Positions 49,454 through 61,924 are shown, counted from the first letter of the stretch. The stretch is 64,000 nucleotides of DNA from Hypanus sabinus (GCF_030144855.1 NC_082706.1:117118001-117182000); one strand, 5' to 3'. Program-made: numbers and translations. The notes: generated from the sequence alone by a model not told the origin.

Positions 49454-49491
49454 CAGTCCTGATGAAGGGACTTGACTTGAAACATCAACTG
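49454..49491 (+). ncRNA. Minimal type-I hammerhead ribozyme motif in a Penelope pLTR (catalytic core intact)
   Basis: CAGTC-CTGATGA-A-GGG-ACTTGA-CTT-GAAAC-ATC-AACTG: stem I, CUGAUGA and GAAA cores, wobble stem II, NUH triplet AUC. The pLTR tail continues to ~49590. Confidence 0.75.
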
Positions 49492-49769
49492 TTTATTTCC
49501 CTCCATAGACGATTCCTGACCTGCTGAGTTCCTCCAGCATTTTTTGTGGGTTGCTCAAGATTTCCAGCATCTGCAGAAAATTTTGTGTCTCTGAATCACT
49601 GGATTAACCATTTTCAGAATTCCTCTCAGCAAATCATGCCACTGGATTACAAGAATTAAATCAACTGTAATAAAGTCTGCAGTGATCCATCTAAACAAGG
49701 CATTCTTCTTCTTTGAAATACTTCTTCTTGAATCTTGATCATGGATGACAAGTGTTAGAGTGGGCCAGA

Positions 49770-50730
49770 TCTGTTAGTAAAATGAAATCAAATCCTTAGA
49801 AAGAGGTAACATAGGATTAGAAGAAACTGCAAAAGTAAAAACCCTAATGGAAGTTATATATAGGCCTTTGAACAGGATGTGGGATATAAATTACAATGGG
49901 AGAAGGAAAAGGCATTTAAAAAGGGCAATGTTGCAATAGTCATAGGGATTTTCAACATGCAGGTTGATTGGGAAAATCAAGTTGGTGCTGGATCCCAAGA
50001 GAGGGAATTTGCAGAATGCCTTCAAGGTGGATTTTCAGAGCACCTTGTGGTTGAGCCCACTATGGTAAGGCAATTCTGGATTGGGTGTTGTGTACTGAAC
50101 CAGATGTTATTAGGGAGCTTAAAGTAAAGGAACCCTTAGGAGGCAGTGATCATAATATGATAGACTTCACGCTGCAGTTTGAAGGGGAGAAGGTAAAGCC
50201 AGATTACAGTTGAGTACAGGGATCTACAGAGACACGAAAGAGGAGCTTGTCTAACAGTGAAGTCTAGAGTACAAAAGCAAGGTTGTAATTCTGGCTTTGT
50301 AAGGCATTTGGTGTATTGTAAGCAGTTTTGCTAATTGAATATTGATAGGCTTATCGAATATTGAAAAGCCTAGATAGAGTGGATGTGGGGAGGATGTTTC
50401 CTTTGGTAAGTGAGTCTGGGGATCAGAGGGTCCATCCTCAGAATAGAGGATGTTCATTTAGAACAGAGATGAGAGGGAGTTTCTTGAGCTAGAGGGTGGT
50501 GAATCTGTGGAATTCATTATCACAGATGGTTGCGGATGCCAAGTCATTGAGTATATTTAAATAATACTTCAGTAGAATCTTGATTAGTCAGGGCATCAAA
50601 GGTTATGGAGAGAAGACAGGAAAATGGGGCTGAGAGCATTAATATATCAGCCATGATAAAATGGCACAGCAGATTCAAATGGGCTGAATGGCCTAATTCT
50701 GATCCTGTGTCTTATAGTTTGATGGTCTTA
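49770..50730 (+). mobile_element. CR1 LINE, heavily internally deleted (EN part joined to 3' end)
   Basis: 'VIGIFNMQVDWENQVGAGSQEREFAECLQGGFSEHLVVEPT', 'GGSDHNMI', then CR1 C-terminus and 3'UTR. Confidence 0.88.
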
Positions 50731-52429
50731 TCCTGTGTGCCCATATGTTTAATGTAAACAGCACGGTGATTGATTGGCAGGGTAGCTTGAATATGTATAA
50801 AAGTTATAAAAAAGTGATGTTATAAAATTTATAAATGTTTTAACAATTTTTTGCAGTATAATCCTGATATTCTGAAGTACCAGAGGTACTTCAAATTCTG
50901 CTAAAACCATTTCTGTCGAATTATTTACTCATCCTTAACTGCAAACATCGCTGGGGTAAAGGCACCATAGAAATCACTTTTACTTGAAAATAGAGAGGAA
51001 AGAAGTTGAACACATTCAGCAGAGATGTGTGATTACCTGGAAATTACAGCATTGTCTATATATGATACACAAGTATGATTTCTCAGAAGAAATGGCATTC
51101 AATGGCTTGAATTTAAATCTTGGCACAGCACATCATGAAAATAGAATTCAATAAATCTGGGAAATATGGGATGATATCAAAAAGCCAGTTGGCTCACTAA
51201 TATTCATCAAATATGTTAGCTGTGATCCCATACCGTTTGAGGTTGCTGTGACTCCAGCCCCAAAATACAAAGATGATTGTTTTTTTCCGTTAAAGCAAAT
51301 GGGAAATGGAAATTAAAAAAATACTTTCCTCAGTTGGCAAGATAGAAAAAATCAATTACAAAAACATGACTGATCAGTTACTCTCAAAAGCTCTCCACGT
51401 TACACTTTGAAGAGACTTCTGAGTTTTCAGTGTCTGATATTCTCAGAAATGTCTACAGTCAAATCTTCTTATGTATAGTAAAGTTACACAGGGCAAAGCT
51501 GGCTGCAGAAGGCCTCAACAAGACAGAGCAAAGCCTCTCTGGATCAATCAGCACAACAAAAGTGCCCTTTAGGACTTTGCTGAACCTCCTAATGATCACT
51601 CTGGTGCATATCTTTACTTGTTACAACAGCCTTTCACCGCTTCTCCTCTGAGAAGCTTTAGCAATTTTCCTTTCAATGTACATCAAAATAAAAAGCCTTG
51701 AAATCTTAACTTTAGCTGTGTGTCCAATGTAGCTTAAGTGCTAATTATAAACAGCGAAGTCAAATAAAATCATTGCGTGCTGCAGTGATGTGCTGTTTCA
51801 GAAACAATCAGGAGGGGACAGGAACAAATGAAAATACATTACACAACACATGCAGAAATGCAGGTTGCAGGGCATAATTAGCACATCCTATATTTATTTC
51901 CGTATTCACTTTTTTTCTTGCCACTGATCTTTCTGTCCTCTGCTTTTGCTGCTGGTTTTAAAAGGCGCTTCCTTCTAAATTTTTAAAGAGTTCACGCCAC
52001 TTATTAATATTTAGTTGATAAAATAGTTTATTAGAAAGAGAAACTGGGTGCAAGTTCATAAATAATCACAAAAGTGATTTTTTTTTAGGAACACAACTCA
52101 TTCTTTCAGATGGTGCATTCTATTGGAAGAAACAAGAGTTACCATTTCTGAGCTAAGCAAATTCAGTAAATTAATGTGCATTGAAGCATTCAGGGCCCTA
52201 TGGAGTTCATATTGCAATAAATGATACCAGTAATAATTGTACCACTATACTGCCATAAAATACTGTCAGCAATATTAATAAAAATGTTCACTAATATAGT
52301 GGATGAATTTCATATTATTCATATGAATTTCATATTATGGCATGTTTTTCACTATACCCTAAGGACTGAATTGGACTCTGTCAATTATCCAATGTTAAAT
52401 TGTGCCAAGGAGTGCAGCCCTCAGTTATG

Positions 52430-53065
52430 TGTCAACCATATCTCAACCCTGGCCACCCATTTCAATTCTACTTCCCATTCCCATTCCGGCATGTCAATCC
52501 ATGACTTCATCTACTGCCATGATGAGGCCACATTCAGGTTGGAGGAGGAACACCTTATATTCTGTCTTATATCAGGTAGCCTCCAAGCCAGCATGAACAT
52601 CTATTTCTCAAACTTCCCGTAATTGCTCCCCCCTCCCAACTCCTTCACCATTCCTTATTCCCATTTCTCTCTCTCACCTTATCCCCTTATTTGCCCATCA
52701 GCTCCATCTGGTGCACTCTCCCCTTCTCTTTCTTCCATGATCTTCTGTCCACTCCTATCAGATTTCCCCTTCTCCAGCCCTTTATCTCTTCACCAGTTGA
52801 CTTCTCAGCTCTTTACTTCACCCTCCCCCTCTCCTAGTTTCACCTATCACTTCCTACCTTGTACTTTTTTCCTCCCCCCCCCCCCCCCACCTTTTTACTC
52901 TGACTTCGCCGCATCTCTTTTTCCAGTCCTGATGAAGAGATTTTCCGGGAAATGTTGACTGTTTACTTTTCTCCATAGATACTGCCCAGCCAGCTGAGTT
53001 CCTCCGGCATTTTGTGTGTATTACTTTGATTTCCAGCATTTGCAGATTTTCTTTTGTTTGTGTTT
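52430..53065 (+). mobile_element. Penelope-like element 3' end (GIY-YIG C-terminus plus pLTR; hammerhead motif 52924-52961)
   Basis: 'ATHFNSTSHSHSGMSIH..CHDEATFRLEEEHLIFCL..LQASMNIYFSNF'; CAGTC-CTGATGA...GAAAT-GTT-GACTG. Confidence 0.88.
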
Positions 53066-53069
53066 CAGC

Positions 53070-53575
53070 CTTACTGCTGAGTCAGAACTTTGTGGGTTAA
53101 AGTTGCACTCGAGAGATTTGAGGATATCAGTCTAGGCTCTTCTTCTTTGGCGCTGTACTGATAGGAATGAGACAATGAACAAAGATCCTATCCTCTGTCA
53201 CTGGTGTATATAAAAGATCCCATGGCACTATTTTGTAAACAAGCAGGGAACTTATCTCTGGACTCCTGGATAAAGGCGAGTGACAAATTATATATTTTTG
53301 TCTTCCATTTTACTGGCAACTGTCACCTAGTAACTGCTGACATTTCCTGCAGCAATTACTGTTCCAAAAGCTGTGGTTGCTGTTTTGCTGATTGCTCTCC
53401 AGTGCTGGATAAATCACGTATATAGGGGTTCACCTCTAAATTTTCACCCATATTCAACTTCTTATCTCGTTGATATTTGTGAAGACACACATTATAACAA
53501 TAGCAGCACTCTAAGCATTCCTTCATTAGCTGCAAAGCACTTCAGGACATCCTGATGTTGTGAAGGTTATTATTA
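53070..53575 (+). mobile_element. Ancient DeuSINE (SacSINE1-like) with a ~140-bp internal insert
   Basis: 'ctgagtcagaactttgtgggtt', Deu core 'taaaagatcccatggcactattt', tail 'ttcattagctgcaaagcacttcaggacatcctga..tgtgaagg'. Confidence 0.78.
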
Positions 53576-53997
53576 CTGTTTTCTCATTTACACATGCTTG
53601 TTTAACACAGCTTCCTCAGCCCTCTTGTGGAATTTATCCTATTAATTGCACACTCCGTTTGGTCTGCTACAATTCTCTGCTTTGTCTGTAGCTAATTGAA
53701 ATTATGTTTCTGAACTTCCACCAAAGCTCTGATCAGCCATTTATCAAACCCCTTCATCAAAAGGCTATTTAACTTTTGCCTTGAGTGTTTGGGTAATGGG
53801 TTGGGATTTTAAGTCTCCAAAGATACGGAGAGTGAGGTGCAGAGGCCATACTGCGTGGCTGGAAATGAGTTGCATTGGATAAGAAATTAACTGGTGCTCC
53901 ACATGACTTAAAATGTCCCATGTCAAAGTGAAGGTAAGGAATTTTCTGGTAATACTTAAACCTTAAACAGCAGCAGCAAATGAATTAATATTCGTAA

Positions 53998-54135
53998 AAT
54001 GATGAAGTGCTTTGGCCCAAAACTTCGACTGTTTATCCCCCTTGATTGATGCAGATTGACTTGCTGAGTTCCTTCAGAATTTTGTGTGTGTATGTTGTTC
54101 AAGATGTTTAGCATCTGCAGAATCTCTTGTGTTTA
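53998..54135 (+). mobile_element. Penelope pLTR end with a decayed hammerhead motif
   Basis: 'tgatgaagtgctttggcccaaaacttcgactg..gatgcagattgacttgctgagttcc'. Confidence 0.7.
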
Positions 54136-54144
54136 TGGTTTGCT

Positions 54145-54310
54145 GCACCAAAATGATTATCTGGTTGTGAGTATATTGCTGCTAATAGGGCTTGCAGTGC
54201 AATAAAATGGTTACCATAATGGTCATACTTAATGAAGAACTTCATTTGCTGTGGGCACTTTGAAGTTGTGCAAGCCACATTAAAAACACCTGAATTTGTC
54301 TTTCTTCTAA
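54145..54310 (+). mobile_element. DeuSINE 3' half
   Basis: 'gattatctggt..attgctg..gcttgcagtgca..acttcatttgctgtgggcactttga'. Confidence 0.6.
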
Positions 54311-54439
54311 AGGCAGGTTGCTGCTACTCAAGTAGCTGCAGAGAAACCAGAGTCCTTTTACGTTGCATGCTTAAGAAAATAACACTTACCAGCAGATCAC
54401 CCTCAAATAAATGTGCTGGCCTCAGCAGTGTACTAAGGC

Positions 54440-55105
54440 ACCTTTTTAATCAAAACTATAAAAGATTATTTACAACACATAGTCACAAGACAATCAAAAT
54501 TTACAAGACAGTAGTTACACTCAAATTACTTTATGATTACTACCATCTATAAAACAGTCTATACCGCAGGGGGATCACCGGTCAGGGAAATCCCCCAAAC
54601 TGCCTGCTGCAACTGTGTGCTCCCTCTCTAAGGACAGCCGGGCATGGATGTATTCTCGGAAAACGGACCAGCAGTCGAACCGAGCAGCACCCTCCACCTC
54701 CCGCCATCTAGACTTGTGGATGGCCCAGGACCAAGCCCACCAAGAGATCCTTCTCACACCCCATCCCTTTCCGCACTGGTTGCCCGTAGATGAGGAGCGC
54801 AGGACTAAAGTGCAGCCAGAACCTCAGTTGCCGCTCTCTGAGAAACTCAAAGAGCGGCTGCAACCTCTTGCATTCAGTGCATGCGTGGTACACTGACTCC
54901 TCCGGCCCACAGAATGGACAGCTGGATGGGGTGTCAGTGAATTGGTTCAGGAATCTGTTATAAGGGACTGCCCGATCAACACCTTCTAGCCCAGGTCCCC
55001 AAAGTACAAGAGAGGCACCCCTGCATAAAGAGACTTCCACTGGGGACCTCCTCTGCTACCAGATAGTAGCATGAAGCACCAAGTTGTGTCCGGTTGGCAG
55101 ATTAA
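54440..55105 (-). mobile_element. L1/Tx1-clade LINE 3' fragment
   Basis: C-terminal CCHC 'CPFCGPEESVYHACTECKRLQPLFEFL' and 'AIHKSR..FREYIHARLSLE', typical of Tx1 ORF2. Confidence 0.88.
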
Positions 55106-55169
55106 AGCAATAAGTGTGCTTAATTGTCCAGTTAAGTACATTACACTGCCTCTCATAGAACCTAAATTG

Positions 55170-58100
55170 GTACAATACAATATAGACTATTTGGTCCACA
55201 ACATTGTGCATATGCTACAACCAACCTAACCTTTCCCTCCAGAGTGTTCTACTTCTCTTTTGTCCATGTCCCTATCTAAGGTGTCTTTTAAATGTCCCTT
55301 ATTTATCAGCCTCTACCACCATCCTCAGCAGTGCATTCCAGGCACCTGCCTCTGACATCTCCGCTAAACTTTCCTCCACTCATTTAAAATGATCTTCTCT
55401 GGTATTAGTCATTGTCACATAGAAACATAGAAAACCTTCAGCACTATACAGGCCCTTCAGCCCACAAAGTTCTGCCAAGCATGTCCCTACCTTAGAAATT
55501 ACAAGGGTTACCCATAGCCCTTTATTTTTGTAAGCTCTATGTATCTATCCAAAAGTCTCATAAAAGACCCTATCATATCTGCCTCCACCAACATTGTCGG
55601 CAGCCCATTCCACACACTCACCACTCTCTGAGTAAAAGAACTTACCCCTGACATCTCTGTACCTACTCCCCAGCACCTTAAACCTGTGTCCTCCTTTGGC
55701 AGCCATTTCAGCCCTGGGAAAAAGCCTCTGACTATCCACACGATCAAAACCTCACATCATCTTATACATCAGGTCACCTCTCACCCTTAATCACTCCAAT
55801 GAGTAAAGGCCGAGTTCACTCAACTTGTTCTCATAAGGCATGCTCCCCAATCCAGGCAACATCCTTGTAAATCTTCTCTGCACCCTTTCTATGGCTTCCA
55901 CATCCTTCCTGTAGTGAGGCGACCAGAACTGAGCACAGTACTCCAAGTGGGGTCTAACCAGGGCCCTATATAGCTGCAACATTACCTCTTGGATCCTAAA
56001 TTCAATTCCATGATTGATGAAGGCCAATACACCATACGACTTCTTAACCACAAAGTCAACCTGCGCAGCTGCTTTGAGTGTCCTCTGGACTCAGACCCCA
56101 AGATCCCTCTCATCCTCCACACTGCCAAGAGTCTTACCATTAATACTATATTCTGCCATTATATTTGACCTACTAAAAATGAACTACTTCACACTTATTT
56201 GGGTTGAACACCATCTGCCACTTCTCAGCCCAGTTTTGCATTCTATCAATGTCGCGCTGCAACCTCTGACAGCCCTCTTCACTACCCACAACACCTTCAA
56301 CCTTTGCGTCATCAGCAAACTTACTAAGCCATCCCTCCACTTCCTCATCCAGGTCATTTATAAAAGTCATGAACAGTTAGGGGCCCAGAACAGATCCCTG
56401 AGGCACACCACTGCTCACAAACCTCCATGCAGAATATGACCTACCTATAACCACTCTTTGCCTTCTGTAGGAAAGCTTGTTCTGGATCCACAAACCAATA
56501 TCCCCTTGGATCCCATGCCTCCTTACTTTCTCAGTAAGCCTTGAATGAGGTACCTTATCAAATGCCTTGCTGAAATCCATATACACCACATCTACTACTC
56601 TACCTTCATCAATGTGTTTAGTCACGTCCTCAAAAAATTCAATCTGGGTCGTAAGACATGATCTGCCCTTAACAAATCCATGCTGACTATTCCTAATCAT
56701 ATTATACCTCTCCAAATGTTCATAAATCCTGCCTCTCAGGATCTTCTCCATCAGTTTACCAACCACTGAGGTAAGACACTGGTCTATAATTTCCTGGACT
56801 ATCTGTACTCCCTTTCTTGAATAAGGGAACAACATCCGCAACCCTCCAATCCGCTGGAACATCTCCCGTCACCATTGATGATGCAAAGATCATTGCCAGA
56901 GGCTCAGCAATCTCCTCCCTCGCCTCCCACAGTAGCCTGGGGTACCTCTCATCCGGTCCCCGCAACTTATCTGACTTGATGCTTTCCAAAAGCTCCAGCA
57001 CATCCTCTTTCTTAATATCTACATGCTCAAGCTTATCAGTCCACTGCAAGTCATCACTACTATCACCAAGATCCTTTTTCATGGTGAATACTGAAGTAAA
57101 ATATTCATTAAGTACCTCTGCTATTTCCTTCGGCTCCATGCACACTTTCCCATTGTCACCCTTGATAGGTCCTATTTTTCCATGTTTTATCCTCTTGCTC
57201 TTCATATACTTGTAGAATGCCTTGAGGTTTTCCTTAATCCTTCGCACTAAGGCCTTCTCATGGCTCCTTCTGGCTCTTCTAATTTCCTTCTTAAGCACCT
57301 TCCTGTTAGCCTTATAATCTTCTAGATCTCTAACATTACCTAGCTTTCTGAACATTTTGTAACCTTTTCTTTTCTTCTTGACTAGATTTACTGCAGCCTT
57401 TGTACACCACGGTTCCTGTACCCTACCATAACTTCCCTGTCTCATTGGAACGTACCTATGCAGAACTCCACACAAATATCCCCCGAACATTTGCCATATT
57501 TCTTCCATCCCTTTCCCTGAGAACATCTATTCCCAGTTTAAGCTTCCAAGTCCCTGCCTGATAGCCTCATAATTCCACTTACTCCAATTAAATGCTTTTC
57601 TAACTTGTCTGTTCCTATCTTTCTCCAATGCTATTGTAAAGGAGATAGAATTATGATCACTATCTCCAAAATGCTCTCCCACTGAGAGATCTGACACCTG
57701 ACCAGGTTCATGTCCCAATACCACATCAAGTACAATCTCTCCTCTTGTACGTTTATCTACATATTTTATCAAGAAACCTTCCTGAATACACCTAACAAAC
57801 TCCACCCGATCTAAACCCCTTGCTCTAGGGAGATGCCAATCAATATTTGGGAAATTAAAATTTCACCATGGGAAAAAGACACTGGATGTCCATTCAAAGC
57901 ACCTTATCATCTTGTGCACCTCTATTAAGTCACCCCTCATCCTTCTTTGCTCCAAAGAGAAAAACGCTGGCTAACTCAGCCATTCCTTGTAGGTCATACT
58001 CTTTGATCTAGGCAGCATCCTTTGGAACATCTCTAAAGCTTTCTGATCCTTCCTATAATTAGGTAGCCATAACTGAGCCCAATACTCATAAGTGCGGTTT

Positions 58101-58190
58101 AACCAGAGTTTTCTGGAGCTGCAACATTACCTCTTTACTCTTGAACTCAATCTGCTGACTAATGTATGCCAACACACCATATACACAACC
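55170..58190 (-). mobile_element. Older CR1 3' fragment split by a younger CR1 (pieces 55170-55415 and 57860-58190)
   Basis: Both pieces are reverse CR1 3' sequence and are collinear across the insertion. Confidence 0.7.
55418..57860 (-). mobile_element. Younger CR1 LINE, ~2.4 kb of ORF2 (end of EN through RT) plus 3'UTR
   Basis: ORFs 57527-57805 'GDSDHNSI', 56756-57526 'PGNYRPVS', 56377-56862 'YMDFSKAFDKVPH..SGVPQGSVLGP', 56173-56370 'SKFADD', 55791-56051 'VRPHLEYCAQFWSP'. Few frameshifts. Confidence 0.96.
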
Positions 58191-58289
58191 TTATCATGTT
58201 CTCTGATAAAGATGTTGACACTGATAATTATTTCCTATAAAACTCTTGGTCTCCTAATGTCTGCTGGGTCTGGACTTCATGTTTCTCCC

Positions 58290-59890
58290 CAAGCACAACT
58301 AATTAGAGGCAACCTCATGGGCCCCAGCTATGCCTGCCTTTTCATTGACAATGTGGAACAGTCCATGTTCCAAGCCTTCCCCAATAATTCTCCCTAAGTA
58401 CTTCTGTGCTACACCAATGACAACATTGGGGCTGCCTGATGTTCCCATACCGAGCTTGTCAATTTCATCGACATTGTCTCCAACTTCCATGCTGTCTTTA
58501 AATTCAATTGGACCACTTATGATACCTTTCTTCCCTTTCTCAATTTCTCTGTCTCCAACTTTGGGGACAAATTATCTACCAATATCTTTTATGACCTACA
58601 GATTTCCACAACTGTATTGACTATACTTTTTCCCACCTGGTCTCCTGTAAAAATACCATTTCCTTTTCTCAGTTCATTTTTCTCTGCTGCATCTGTTACC
58701 AGGATGAGCCTTTACTTTCCAGGGCAGTAGATAGTTTAAATCATTCAGCACAAACAAGATGGGCTGAAATCCCTGATTCTGTGCTGTACTTCTCTATGAC
58801 ATTAGAGACGTCTTCTTTCTTCAGATAACAGGGCTTCCCTTCTTCAACCATTGATGGTGGCCTCACCTACATCTCCTCCATTTCCCAGACTTCCATGCTC
58901 ACCTCATCTTCCTCTTGTCCTCACTTACCACTCCATGAGCCTCCATAACAACTACTTCATTCTCCACAATTTCTGCCATCTTTAACAGGTCTCTACAATG
59001 ATGCATATACTTACCTCCCTCCATTTTCTGCTTTCCACAGGGATCACTTCCTCCACAATTTTTTTGTACATTCATCCCTCCTACTAATCTCCCTCCTGGC
59101 AATTATCCCTGCAAGTGACAGAAGTGCTTCACCTGCCAATTCACTTCTTCCCTCACCCCCATTCTGGGCCCCAAACGGATCTTCCAGTGGAGACAACAAT
59201 TCACCTGAAAATTTGCTGGGGTTGTCTACTGTATCAGTGCTGCCTGCTCTACCCTGGTGAGACCCAACATGGATTGGGGACAACCTTGTCAAACACCTCT
59301 GCTCCATCTGCAGAAAGCAGGATTTTCCACTGGCCAACCATTTTAATTCATCTCCCCATTCCCATTCTGATATATCAGTCCATAGCTTCCACTTCTTCCA
59401 TGATGAGGCCACTATCAGTTTGGAGAAACAACATCTTATATTCTGTTTAGGTAACCTCCAACCTGACGACATGAACATTGATTTCTCCAACTTCTGGTTA
59501 TTTTCCCCCTTCCCCTTCACAATTCTCCAATTCTCCATTCTGGCCTCTTACTTCTTCTCAGCTGCCTATCACCTCCCCATGCTGCTCCTCCTCCTTCCCT
59601 TTTTCCCATGCTCCACTATCCTCTCCAATGAAATTCTTTCTTCTTCAGCCACTTAGCTTTGCCACATCACCTCCCAGCTTCTTACTTCACAACATACCCC
59701 CCCACCTACCTAGTGTCACCTATCATCTTCTATCTTATTCTCCTTTCCCTGCCCTCACCTTCTTATCTGTCATCTTTCCCCCTCCTTCCCAGTCTTGATG
59801 AAGGGACTCAGCCCAAAATACTGACTGCTTATACACTTCCATAGGTGTTGCCAGACCTTCTGAGTTCCTCCAGTATTTTGTGCATGTCCC
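58290..59890 (+). mobile_element. Penelope-like element (RT C-terminal half, GIY-YIG endonuclease, pLTR; hammerhead relic 59790-59827)
   Basis: 'GNLMGPSYACLF..VEQSMF', decayed YIDD, GIY-YIG relic 'LLYPGET', 'EKQHLIFCLGNLQPDDMNIDFSNF'. A CR1 tail is inserted at ~58728-58805. Confidence 0.9.
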
Positions 59891-59929
59891 TTGGCTATTT
59901 TTTAACACTTTCCCATGCTTCCAATCCTC

Positions 59930-60450
59930 TCAAGTCCTCTCATTTCCCATAACCTTACTTCAACATGCTATCACCATGTTTCACTCACTGGCTCTCTCCC
60001 CCTCTGGCTCTGATTCCATCTGCCCTTTATCATTCCCAGAATGGCTTCTATCCTCATTTGCTTCACTTAGATTCCAGCACAGGTAGCCTTGGTGTTCCTG
60101 CTTATCAGCTTCTAGCTAACATCTCCAATATCTCTCTCTTCCCCAATCCCCCTGGCTCCATCTGCCATTTTTAAGTCTGCTTCTACTGTTATCCACCTGC
60201 CTCTGGGTCCCAACTGCACCCCTCCACTTCCTTCTTGGCTTGATGTGTCCATCATCCTTCACCAGTACCTCGTCCACCAGTCAGTTTCTGGCCCCCATCT
60301 CATTATCTCTCCATTTCTTCTTCTTATATACTGACTCTCTTGTTTCATACCAAATCATTAGCAATTCCTTTCCTCCCAGAGGTGCTGCCTGACCTGCATC
60401 GTTCCTCCAACTGATTGTTTGTTGCTTCAGGTTCCAGCATCTGCAGCTTA
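59930..60450 (+). mobile_element. Second, older Penelope-type pLTR
   Basis: Pyrimidine-rich body ending 'ggtgctgcctgacctgc..gttcctccaac..ttccagcatctgcag'. Confidence 0.6.
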
Positions 60451-61924
60451 TTTTGTCTAACATCTCATCCTCGTGGCCAGTTTGATGTTTATTTGCTTCC
60501 TTGTACTGCATCTTGCATAGGCAAAATAAAAGAGATAGATTTATCAACAGAACATATTTTATTGAGCCAGTAACTCTAAGCTAACAGCATTATCTGGTAC
60601 AACATATTCCAGGCCATAAAACATGGTATAGTCAGATCTCGAAGGTGCAATTCCATTCACATCAAGATACATATATTGAGACCTTCTTATCCCACACAAA
60701 AAAAACAGCAAAAAAGCTCAAATAGGCACAGAGACGAAATTAAGGAACAAATTCACGCCTTTTATCTTATATATATTCTGGCTAATTAGGGATGGAAGCC
60801 ATGCTCCCTTTCATTCTTAATTTCCGCCCTTAACTTTGCTTTCAATTAATTTTTTCCTTCATTTGTTTCAATGTCTGGAGGAAGGTTACTGCTGCCACGG
60901 GAAGTGTGGAAAATGCAAATCTAAAATGGTGCATGTGCTGCATTGCATTCCCGCCCCTTTCCCCTACCCATCCCAAGGAACAAACTGTATGCTGTTAATG
61001 ATTTACCTGCCACGGCAGAGGAATGCTTTCAAAAGGCAAAGAAACCATTAGGTGGTCTACAAAGGCAAGGTAATTCTCCTGTACCTGTCAGCATTGATTG
61101 ATGGCACCCACAAAGGCACTGCATGACACCTGACAATTCAAAGAAATGTTCCTTACTTCACAGAACTCCTGAAAAAAATTGCATGAATAACAATACCAAT
61201 GCCATTTTCTTCATTCACAATCTACTTCTGCCGCAACCAATTTACTCGATCAATTCCCCCACGTTACCCATCTTCCAACAATATTTCTCTCCTGCACCCA
61301 TTTTCTCCATTGCCATTGGATACCTATACAATCAAGATGAAAAATCCAAGAGCATGGAAAGCACATATAACAGATTCAATATGGATTTTAAACAAGAAAG
61401 CAATTTTATTGCTAAATCAAGAAGAATGGTGTTTACCATGTGAAGAGATGTTTCAAATCCATACTTTAAATGGGTTAATCTATACTTTTGCTTTTAAAGC
61501 CTATCATCCAGTAATTTTTTGGATCCTGGTACTTTGTTCTCATCTGCTCTGAATGGATGGCTTAGTTCAAGGTGCAGAGTTAAGGTGTGCTCATTTCACT
61601 AGGTTACTGATCCCCGTGGATACTGAAGCTGCATCCATGCAGCTACTTTCATGCAAAATGCATAGGCTCTAATACTGACTAATGTGTTGTCTTCCCACAT
61701 TTCAGAGTCTGCACAGAGCCAATCCATTCCCCAAGTGAACATACACAAAAGGCACTCAGATACATTTATCATAATTTCTTACTCAGAGACTGTCTTTAAG
61801 CATCAGAGGATTATTTTCAGGACCAGGAATGTCAGTTTTCTCTGCCTGCTTCTGAGATGCTGTAGTCTGCTGCAGTCATTCCACCGCTGCAAATCCTACG
61901 CAACCCACTTAGCTGCAGTGTGAT

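Noticed and set aside
25860-50730. A shared non-autonomous, internally deleted CR1 family (24640-27256 and 49770-50730)
   Set aside because: Both jump from EN to the 3' end, but the deletion junctions differ, so they look like independent deletions.
53800-53940. Exon ending at AAG|GTAAGG (~53933)
   Set aside because: No clear acceptor and no recognisable peptide.
56756-57526. Longest ORF (256 aa) as a host gene
   Set aside because: It is a frameshift-bounded piece of CR1 ORF2.
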